Origin: Candidatus Hydrogenedens sp.
GTDB lineage: Bacteria > Hydrogenedentota > Hydrogenedentia > Hydrogenedentales > Hydrogenedentaceae
Reading direction: 5' to 3'
DNA: 39,105 nt
NCBI GenBank assembly: GCA_049968235.1
Contig: JBMFRC010000028.1
Span: forward strand, 1-39,105
Below, one piece after another: positions 15,949-22,965 of the stretch. The notes beneath the pieces are model-generated. The model was not told the DNA's origin, did no database searches, and saw nothing but the letters and a program-made list of their open reading frames with translations. Both the position numbers and the translations under genes were made by a program. Numbering within the stretch: the first letter of the stretch is position 1; every line of letters starts with the position of its first letter.

Positions 15949-16893
15949 ATGAAACGAACTGGTTTTACACTCATCGAATTATTAGTTGTGATTGCCATTA
16001 TTGGTATCCTTGCTGCGATTTTACTTCCGGCATTGGCTCGCGCTCGTGAGGCGGCTCGCCGTTCTTCTTGTGCTAATAATTTAAAACAATGGGGACTCGT
16101 TTTTAAAATGTATGCCAACGAATCTCCCGGAGGAAAATTTCCACCCAGCGAATTAGAATTAGGCTGTGGTGCCCGTCCTTGTATGGCATTCGGTCCGTTA
16201 ATTAGTGTCATATATCCGGAATATCTTACAGACCCGGCGATAATCTTTTGTCCTTCCGATGCAAAAGATAGATTAGAAAACTTTATTGACCCTCAAACAA
16301 AAGAATTTACCATGTTACAAAAGATAGATGGAAATCGTCAGCAGGGTGTAGAAGGAATTGATGCAAGTTATACTTATGCCAATTTCGTATTTGACCGCTG
16401 TGGAGATGAATATGGCACAAAATCTACAGCAGCATTGCAAGCATTGGCTACTATAATTGGGAATCCTCTTGACCCATCAATTACGGAAGGCGCAGCTCAG
16501 TTTATTGAAGTAGTAGAAGATATGATTGATAAATTGAGACCTTATTTCCTTTCAAATGATGCAAATGGATTCAGGCGGGAGGCTGATAATGATAGACAGG
16601 TTTCGGATGGATTAGGTAATGGCGGAGGGAAAATTGTTTATCGCTTGAGAGAAGGTATAGAACGATTTTTGATTACAGATATTAATAATCCTGCTGCAAG
16701 TGCGAAGGCACAAAGTTCTATTTTTGTCATGTGGGATAATGTATCTGACCAGGTAGCAAAATTTAACCATATTCCCGGTGGTAGCAATATTCTGTATATG
16801 GATGGGCATGTATCCTTTGTTCGCTTTCCAGGTGAACCGCCCATGGTTGCTGAACTTGCTGCAATCATGCGAGTTTTCGATATTGCAGAATAG
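15949..16893 (+). CDS. Prepilin-type N-terminal cleavage/methylation-domain protein with DUF1559 (H-X9-DG) C-terminal domain (pseudopilin-like, Planctomycetota-type)
   Basis: ATG 15949 with RBS aaaggag 15934-15940. '[47 protein letters not shown]' is the class III signal/N-methylation motif + helix; C-terminal '[12 protein letters not shown]' is the DUF1559 signature. The listed ORF 15496-16893 is an artefactual upstream extension. Confidence 0.85.
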   Translation: MKRTGFTLIELLVVIAIIGILAAILLPALARAREAARRSSCANNLKQWGLVFKMYANESPGGKFPPSELELGCGARPCMAFGPLISVIYPEYLTDPAIIFCPSDAKDRLENFIDPQTKEFTMLQKIDGNRQQGVEGIDASYTYANFVFDRCGDEYGTKSTAALQALATIIGNPLDPSITEGAAQFIEVVEDMIDKLRPYFLSNDANGFRREADNDRQVSDGLGNGGGKIVYRLREGIERFLITDINNPAASAKAQSSIFVMWDNVSDQVAKFNHIPGGSNILYMDGHVSFVRFPGEPPMVAELAAIMRVFDIAE

Positions 16894-16923
16894 ATAATAC
16901 AATACCGCTTATATTATTTAAAT

Positions 16924-16962
16924 CAGCATACAGGATTTTCCTGTATGTTGATTTTTTTTTTT
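16924..16962. terminator. Bidirectional rho-independent terminator between the convergent DUF1559 and FAH genes
   Basis: 11-bp stem cagcatacagg (16924-16934) / cctgtatgttg (16940-16950, one G:U), loop atttt, followed by an 11-T run 16952-16962; A-rich on the opposite strand. Confidence 0.8.
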
Positions 16963-16963
16963 A

Positions 16964-17764
16964 CTAAATAACAGTGTTTATCAAAGTTCCAATTGATGAA
17001 ATCTTTATTTCTACAATATCCCCTTTGGACAAAGTTATTTTGGGAGAGCGTGCCCAACCTACTCCGGGAGGAGTTCCCGTAAAAATAAGAGTTCCTGCCT
17101 TTAATGTGGTATCCTGGCTTAAAAAAGATACTAACTCATAAGGAGAAAAAATCATATCAGAAGTATTGCCCGTTTGCATAATGTGATAATTTACTTTTGT
17201 AGTAATCTGCAATGATTCATTATCTTTAATATCTTTTATTGGAAGAACAAAAGGTCCCACAGGAGCAAATGTGTCAAAACTTTTCCCTCGCACCCATTGT
17301 CCTCCTCCCAATTCCATTTGCCATTTTCTCGCTGAGACATCATTTCCGATAGTAAAACCCAGAATATAGTTATTCGCTTCTTCTACTTTTATATTTTTTA
17401 TATCGGATTTAATAATAATTACTAACTCCCCTTCATAATCTACCTCATTACTACAAACCGCAGGAATTTGTATAGGCTCAAGGTGTGCTGTAATTGCAGA
17501 TGGATTTTTCATGAAAATAACAGGGTATTCAGGGATAGGTTTGTTGGTTTCCTTTGCGTGTCCCTTGTAGTTCAATCCAATACATAAGATAGCAGGAGCA
17601 TTAATAGGAGGAAGCCATTTCTGCGGTAGAATTTTTTTGTTCGTCATCTGTAACGAATTATCAAAGGGATTCCCTTTAAGTTCATATAAATTGTTATCTT
17701 CTGCAATTGTTATGTAAGAAATATCCCCTTGTTCGTTAATTACTTTACCCCATTTCATAAGCAT
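16964..17764 (-). CDS. Fumarylacetoacetate hydrolase (FAH) family protein (2-keto-4-pentenoate hydratase / oxaloacetate decarboxylase-like)
   Basis: 'LCIGLNYKGHAKETNKPIPEYPVIFMK', 'YEGELVIIIKSD', 'GTLIFTGTPPGVG' are FAH-fold signatures; 266 aa. Confidence 0.8.
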   Translation of the reverse strand: MLMKWGKVINEQGDISYITIAEDNNLYELKGNPFDNSLQMTNKKILPQKWLPPINAPAILCIGLNYKGHAKETNKPIPEYPVIFMKNPSAITAHLEPIQIPAVCSNEVDYEGELVIIIKSDIKNIKVEEANNYILGFTIGNDVSARKWQMELGGGQWVRGKSFDTFAPVGPFVLPIKDIKDNESLQITTKVNYHIMQTGNTSDMIFSPYELVSFLSQDTTLKAGTLIFTGTPPGVGWARSPKITLSKGDIVEIKISSIGTLINTVI

Positions 17765-17898
17765 TCCTTTCTATGGTGAGATTTGTCTTTTTAGTTTCCT
17801 TCAACAATTTATTTTGGATAGAATTAATTATAAAAATAAATCATAATATAAGTGAAACTATGCTTTTAAAATAACAACAAACTATAAGGAGAAAATCA

Positions 17899-18762
17899 AT
17901 GTCTATAACGAGACGAAAATTTTTGAAAGTAACGGGGATAGGAATTCCAACTTTAGGATTTTCACACTTCTTATTCGGTGATGAAAAGAAAACAGAATAC
18001 CCTGTCGCAGCATGTGATTGGTCCCTATGGACAGAAGGTCCTTCGGCTCTTGACCTTGCCAAACAAATCGGTTTGAATGGTATTGAAATTTCTGCAGGGA
18101 AACCAGATGATAAAATCGCTATTGCTAATTCTGAATTAAAAGAACAGTATAAATTAAAAATGCAAGAAACAGGAATAGTTATTCCGTCTATTGCCATGGC
18201 ACTTTTGAATGATGCTCCACTAGCCAGTGAACCCCGAACGATAAATTGGATTCTGGATACTATTGATTCTGCAAAGGAACTAAATGCAAAAGTAATATTG
18301 CTTGCTTTTTTTTGTAATGGAGATTTAAAAGATAAAAATGGATTGAAAAATAATGATGTAGTAGAGGTCGTAAATCGCTTAAAAGAATGTGCACCCAAAG
18401 CGAAGGAAAAAGGAATTATATTGGGTATTGAAAATACTTTATCTGCTCAACAAAATATGGAAATTTTAGAAAAAATAGGAAGTGATGCATGCAAAATATA
18501 CTATGATGTTGGCAATTCTACTTATAATGGCTATGATGTACCTGCTGAGATACGAATGCTTAAAGATAAAATTTGTCAAATACATTTTAAGGATGGTGCC
18601 TTCTATTTAGGTAAAGGTAAAGTAAAAATGGAGCCTATTGCGGAGGCTATCAAGGAGATTAATTATAAAGGCTGGCTTGTTTTAGAGACAGGCTTACCTA
18701 CGATGAACAAAATAAATGACTTTAAGAAAAATTTAGAGTTTCTACATCAATTATTCAGTTAA
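17899..18762 (+). CDS. Tat-exported sugar phosphate isomerase/epimerase (xylose-isomerase-like TIM barrel) family protein
   Basis: Twin-arginine signal 'MSITRRKFLKVTGIGIP'; TIM-barrel pattern with 'ILGIEN' and 'GWLVLETG' metal-site motifs typical of AP-endonuclease-2/xylose-isomerase-like fold. RBS aaggag 17888-17893. Confidence 0.7.
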   Translation: MSITRRKFLKVTGIGIPTLGFSHFLFGDEKKTEYPVAACDWSLWTEGPSALDLAKQIGLNGIEISAGKPDDKIAIANSELKEQYKLKMQETGIVIPSIAMALLNDAPLASEPRTINWILDTIDSAKELNAKVILLAFFCNGDLKDKNGLKNNDVVEVVNRLKECAPKAKEKGIILGIENTLSAQQNMEILEKIGSDACKIYYDVGNSTYNGYDVPAEIRMLKDKICQIHFKDGAFYLGKGKVKMEPIAEAIKEINYKGWLVLETGLPTMNKINDFKKNLEFLHQLFS

Positions 18763-18787
18763 CAATTAACAGTAAAGGGTATTAAAA

Positions 18788-20005
18788 ATGGCAATAGAAA
18801 ACATAAATAACAGTTCAAGACGGGAATTTATCAAAACAGCAGTTTTAGGAACAAGTGCATTAACAATTTTATCTCCGAAGATTGTTTTTGGAAGTGAATC
18901 TAATGAAAAAATTAAATTGGGTCTAATTGGTTGTGGTGGTAGAGGACGATGGATAGCACATCTATTTGAAAAAAATGCCCCTTTTAAGATAACAGCCGTA
19001 CATGATGTATTTCGTAAACGGGCTATGCGTGTGGCGGAAGAATGTAATGTCCCCGAGGCACATGTTTTTGTTGGATTAGAAGGTTATAAACAACTGTTAG
19101 AAACAGATATAGAAGCCGTTGCTATTGAGAGTCCACCCTATTTTCATCCTCAACAGGTCCTGTCCGCTGTAGAGAAAGGGAAACATGTGTATTTAGCAAA
19201 ACCTATCGCAGTAGATGTTCAGGGTTGTTTATCCTTGATAGATATTTCAAAAAAATATCAGGAAAAATTATGTCTACTTGTAGATTTTCAGACACGGAAT
19301 TACCAATTATTTAAAGAATGTGTAAAACGGATTCATGATGGTATGATTGGTTTGCCTGTTATTGGACAATGTTATTATTATTGTAGTAGGTTGGGAAAAC
19401 AAGCAGAGCCAGGGACTCCCGGTTCTAATTTAAAAAATTGGGTTTTTGATAAAGTGCTTTCAGGAGATATTATTGTTGAACAGAATATCCATGTAATTGA
19501 TATGGCAAACTGGTATTTAAAATCACATCCATTAAAAGCCTTCGGCTCAGGTGGTAGAAAAGCCCGAACCGATGTAGGTGATTGCTGGGACCATTTCTGT
19601 GTCCAATTCACATATCCGGATAATGTTATTGTTGATTTCAGTAGTGGTCAATTTACGTACGGTTATGATGATTTATGTATGCGACTTTATGGCTCTCTCG
19701 GAACAGCAGATACTCATTATGGAGGTATTGTTACTATTGAAGGAAAATCGGATAGCTGGGAAGGCGGAAAAAGTTCCGATATTTACGAAACAGGCGCGGT
19801 AAATAATATTAAAGATTTTTATGAATCTATAAAGAATGGTAAGTATTTAAATAATATAGAAGAATCTGCATATAGCAATTTAACAAGTATTTTGGGGAGG
19901 ATGTCTGCTTATCAAAATAGAACAGTTACATGGGAAGAAATGATACACTCAGGAGAAAAATTGGAAAAAGAAATAGAGATTTCAGAAGAAATCATTAATT
20001 CATAA
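18788..20005 (+). CDS. Tat-exported Gfo/Idh/MocA family NAD(P)-dependent oxidoreductase
   Basis: Tat signal 'SSRREFIKTAVLGTSALTIL'; Rossmann 'KLGLIGCGGRGRWIAHLF'; 'AVAIESPPYFHPQQVLSAVEKGKHVYLAKP' is the Gfo/Idh/MocA signature. Confidence 0.85.
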   Translation: MAIENINNSSRREFIKTAVLGTSALTILSPKIVFGSESNEKIKLGLIGCGGRGRWIAHLFEKNAPFKITAVHDVFRKRAMRVAEECNVPEAHVFVGLEGYKQLLETDIEAVAIESPPYFHPQQVLSAVEKGKHVYLAKPIAVDVQGCLSLIDISKKYQEKLCLLVDFQTRNYQLFKECVKRIHDGMIGLPVIGQCYYYCSRLGKQAEPGTPGSNLKNWVFDKVLSGDIIVEQNIHVIDMANWYLKSHPLKAFGSGGRKARTDVGDCWDHFCVQFTYPDNVIVDFSSGQFTYGYDDLCMRLYGSLGTADTHYGGIVTIEGKSDSWEGGKSSDIYETGAVNNIKDFYESIKNGKYLNNIEESAYSNLTSILGRMSAYQNRTVTWEEMIHSGEKLEKEIEISEEIINS

Positions 20006-20032
20006 TTCCAATCTAACAAACTCTAAATTCAG

Positions 20033-20062
20033 TCCCCTTGATAATTTTCAAGGGGATTTTTT
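20033..20062 (+). terminator. Rho-independent terminator after the oxidoreductase gene
   Basis: tccccttga (20033-20041) / tcaagggga (20048-20056), 9-bp GC-rich stem, 6-nt loop, then tttttt 20057-20062. Confidence 0.8.
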
Positions 20063-20108
20063 ATAAGAAGAGGGAATAAAATATTTTAATAAAATTATTA
20101 TTTTTAAC

Positions 20109-20137
20109 TTGACAAAGTGGATTTTAAGTGCTATTAT
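20109..20137 (+). promoter_or_regulatory. Consensus sigma70 promoter of the dcw cluster (Pmra): TTGACA-N17-TATTAT
   Basis: ttgaca 20109-20114, 17-nt spacer aagtggattttaagtgc, tattat 20132-20137; about 45 nt upstream of the mraZ start. Confidence 0.7.
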
Positions 20138-20183
20138 ATAGTAATCTATTAGCAATTTATTAATAATTTAATGGAGTAAAACA

Positions 20184-20657
20184 TTGATAATTTATCAATC
20201 AGAATATCATGTTACTCTGGATGATAAGAACAGAATATTAGTTCCTTCATCCCTAAAATCTATTATGTCCGATAATAACCATACAGTCTGGTATCTGACT
20301 CGCGGGTTTGAAAATAATCTTTTATTATTCCCCTCGCAGATTTGGAAAGAAATAACTGATAAATTAGAGCAATTGCCCACATTAAATCCGAAAGTACAAA
20401 TTCTTCGGCGCCGTTTTATCGGTGGTTCTGTTCAGGTTAGACCCGACGGGCAATATCGCATAACATTGCCAGCACCATTTCGGAACTGGGCAGAGATTAT
20501 GGATAATGCTGTGATAGCAGGCTGTGGTATGTATCTTGAAATATGGAATGAAAAGTTATGGGACAATTTCTTTAAAAACACTGATATTCAAACAGATATG
20601 AAAATTTTTATGGAGGAATTATTTCCACTAACGAATATAAATCAAAACCTATCATAA
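20184..20657 (+). CDS. mraZ: Transcriptional regulator MraZ
   Basis: TTG start, RBS ggag 20173-20176. Two tandem MraZ/SpoVT-AbrB repeats, 'YHVTLDDKNRILVPSSLK' and 'YRITLPAPFRNWAEI' (DxxxR motif in each half); first gene of the dcw cluster. Confidence 0.85.
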   Translation: MIIYQSEYHVTLDDKNRILVPSSLKSIMSDNNHTVWYLTRGFENNLLLFPSQIWKEITDKLEQLPTLNPKVQILRRRFIGGSVQVRPDGQYRITLPAPFRNWAEIMDNAVIAGCGMYLEIWNEKLWDNFFKNTDIQTDMKIFMEELFPLTNINQNLS

Positions 20658-20666
20658 TAGGAGCAA

Positions 20667-21017
20667 GTGGCTATGGACATGGAAAAACTTAATTATGGGC
20701 ATGTAATCCTCTTCAGAATTTCTGGCAGTCTTGATGAGGAAAATGTATGTAATTTGCGACTTGCCATCGCTGATTACATCAAAGGCAGAAAAAGTTGTGT
20801 GGTCTTGAATCTACAAGATGTAGAGATGATGGACCAGGTTTCCGCGGGATATTTGTTAGAATGTCTGCAAATGGCGAGGAGAAAAGGGGGAGACCTAAAA
20901 TTGGTCAAACCGAGCACCTTCATCGAACAACTATTCCGTTTTTTGGGTATATGGCATTATTTTGAAATATATACAACCGAAACAAGTGCCGTTAACGCAT
21001 TCAAACTAGCCGCATAA
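20667..21017 (+). CDS. STAS-domain anti-sigma-factor antagonist (SpoIIAA/RsbV-like)
   Basis: 116 aa; 'HVILFRISGSLDEENVCNLRLAIADYI...CVVLNLQDVEMMDQVSAGYLLECLQMARRKGGDLKLV' matches the STAS fold and the phosphorylatable-Ser region. RBS aggag 20650-20655. Inserted between mraZ and rsmH. Confidence 0.7.
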   Translation: MAMDMEKLNYGHVILFRISGSLDEENVCNLRLAIADYIKGRKSCVVLNLQDVEMMDQVSAGYLLECLQMARRKGGDLKLVKPSTFIEQLFRFLGIWHYFEIYTTETSAVNAFKLAA

Positions 21018-21024
21018 AAGAAAT

Positions 21025-21066
21025 AACTTTTCCAGTAAACAAATTTGCTGGAAAAGTTTTAATTTA
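21025..21066 (+). terminator. Intra-operon hairpin (possible attenuator / partial terminator) between the STAS gene and rsmH
   Basis: 11-bp stem aacttttccag (21025-21035) / ctggaaaagtt (21048-21058), 12-nt loop with internal palindrome caaatttg, followed by ttaatttatt. AT-rich stem, so probably weak. Confidence 0.45.
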
Positions 21067-21081
21067 TTATGTCAATAATTT

Positions 21082-22050
21082 ATGACCAATGAAAAACATC
21101 ATATTCCTGTAATGGCAAATGAGGTAATAAACCTCTTTCAAGAGAGAGAGAAGGGTATTTTTGTTGATGCAACAATAGGTGCTGGTGGACATACTTCTTA
21201 TATTCTCGAATATCTCTCCCCCCGTATGGTTGTGGGGATAGATAGGGACCCCAAAGCCATACAGATATGTTCAAAAAAATTTGAGAAAGAAAAACGAGTA
21301 AAAATATATCACGCAAATTACGCCGATATGGATAAAGTAATAAACATATTAGGTATCCAGGAGGTAGATGGAATTTTAATTGATGCAGGACTTTCCAGTT
21401 TTGCTTTAGATGATGAAGAACGTGGATTTTCTTTTCAGAAAGACGGGCCTCTGGATATGCGTATGAATACAGATGAGAAAGAAACTTTAGGAGATTTCTT
21501 AGACCGGACGGATGAACATACGCTCGCAAAAATTCTAAAAGAATACGGGGATGTTGTAAAGCCTTATTCTATTGCAAAAAAAATTATTATGCGTAGAAGG
21601 GAAGGAAAAATTAGAAAAGTTTCGGATATAGTACAAACGGTATTAGAAGATTTTCATTATGTTAATCATATTCCAGATGAAGTTCGTCAGGTATTTCAAG
21701 CATTAAGAATTGCCGTTAATAATGAATTATTTTTTTTAAGAAAAGGTCTATGGGCAGGATTGAAAATATTGGCAATACATGGACGATTTATCGTAATTAG
21801 TTTTCATTCAGGTGAAGACAGAATTGTCAAATCTATGTTTCGTTTCGTATCGCAACCATTACGGATTTTATCTCCAGAAGGTATTTTAAGAGAACAAATA
21901 TCTCCCATAGCGAGGAATTTAACACCGAAACCCGTCGCTCCTTCATCTGAGGAGATAAAAATAAATTCCAGAGCAAAAAGTGCAAGACTAAGAGCCATTG
22001 AAAAAATTTCAGATACATATATTCAACATTATATTTCAAAAGGGGTATAA
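21082..22050 (+). CDS. rsmH: 16S rRNA (cytosine1402-N4)-methyltransferase RsmH (MraW)
   Basis: 'HIPVMANEVINLF...GIFVDATIGAGGHTSYILE...GIDRDPKAI...DGILIDAGLSSFALDD' are RsmH SAM-MTase motifs. Confidence 0.9.
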   Translation: MTNEKHHIPVMANEVINLFQEREKGIFVDATIGAGGHTSYILEYLSPRMVVGIDRDPKAIQICSKKFEKEKRVKIYHANYADMDKVINILGIQEVDGILIDAGLSSFALDDEERGFSFQKDGPLDMRMNTDEKETLGDFLDRTDEHTLAKILKEYGDVVKPYSIAKKIIMRRREGKIRKVSDIVQTVLEDFHYVNHIPDEVRQVFQALRIAVNNELFFLRKGLWAGLKILAIHGRFIVISFHSGEDRIVKSMFRFVSQPLRILSPEGILREQISPIARNLTPKPVAPSSEEIKINSRAKSARLRAIEKISDTYIQHYISKGV

Positions 22051-22054
22051 AAGA

Positions 22055-22954
22055 ATGAGTAAAAAAGTTATACAAATACGAAAAGATGCCCTGTTCATAA
22101 GTTCCTTATATCTAATCCCGGTGTTTATTGTATCTGGAGTACTGGCTGTGGATTTATATATTAATGTCCAACGCTGGCATTATGATTATTTAACTATACA
22201 GGCAAAAAAGAATATTACACGATGGGTTAAAGATAAAAGTGAATTTAAAAAGCATGATAAATTAAAGGGAATAAGTAAGGATAGTAAAGGTGAACCTTCA
22301 ATAGAGCCTATAGATAATAAAGAAACAAAAGATATAAGGTCCATTTCTTTTTTTTCAAAGATACTCGACAAAATAGTTTTCTTTAGAGAAACCGAAGAGG
22401 AAAATCAAACTCAAGAAGAAGGACAAAATGTGCAAAAAGTAGAAGACATTAACTATGGACTCCAGGCGATGATGGCTGAAATAGAGATGTTGAAAGTTGA
22501 AAAGGTAAGATTAGAAAACTTGCAAAATTTGACAAGATTGGGATTTCAATTAGGTTTGGTGACTCCAAAACCAGAACAGGTAGTACGAATTACATATAGT
22601 AAAGATGAACGGGATAAATTAATACAAACTGCATCATCAGATATGTTATTTCCCCAAAAGCCTAAAAAGATAAATACCTCAGAAACGAAATATGCAGAAG
22701 GTGAAACAGATATTAAACAAAAAATAAAGAGAATAAAGGACTTGTTGAACAAACCTGCAATTTCTATTAAGGAATGGGTTATCAATAAAATTACAACTCC
22801 CGTAATTGCAGAATCAAAAAATAGTGTTAACGAGGAAACAAATGAAAGCAATGTGCCCAAAATGAATAAAGATGAAAAGAATTTACATCCTGATAAAAAT
22901 AATGATGATATAGATATCGATTCATTAACAGAGTTCTTGATGGAGAAACTATAG
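22055..22954 (+). CDS. FtsL-like bitopic cell-division protein with unusually long Lys/Glu-rich coiled-coil C-terminal extension
   Basis: Position between rsmH and ftsI; ATG 22055 (MSKKVIQIRKD) with RBS aaagggg about 22040. Single TM 'ALFISSLYLIPVFIVSGVLAVDLYI' followed by coiled-coil 'LQAMMAEIEMLKVEKVRLENLQNL'. 299 aa versus ~100-120 for typical FtsL. The listed ORF start 21998 overlaps the rsmH 3' end. Confidence 0.55.
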   Translation: MSKKVIQIRKDALFISSLYLIPVFIVSGVLAVDLYINVQRWHYDYLTIQAKKNITRWVKDKSEFKKHDKLKGISKDSKGEPSIEPIDNKETKDIRSISFFSKILDKIVFFRETEEENQTQEEGQNVQKVEDINYGLQAMMAEIEMLKVEKVRLENLQNLTRLGFQLGLVTPKPEQVVRITYSKDERDKLIQTASSDMLFPQKPKKINTSETKYAEGETDIKQKIKRIKDLLNKPAISIKEWVINKITTPVIAESKNSVNEETNESNVPKMNKDEKNLHPDKNNDDIDIDSLTEFLMEKL

Positions 22955-22965
22955 GGGATAATACA

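Noticed and set aside
17841-18398. 185-aa minus-strand ORF
   Set aside because: It is entirely antisense to the well-supported Tat-signal sugar-phosphate isomerase gene (17899-18762), has a low-complexity Ser/Phe-rich translation and no start context. It is a frame artefact of AT-rich sequence.
21080-21529. 149-aa minus-strand ORF
   Set aside because: Antisense to rsmH, whose identity is unambiguous, with no RBS and no homology.
21998-22054. Listed start of the FtsL-like ORF at 21998
   Set aside because: It would overlap the last 53 nt of rsmH in another frame. The internal ATG at 22055 has an RBS (aaagggg) and begins right after the rsmH stop, which is the more plausible start.
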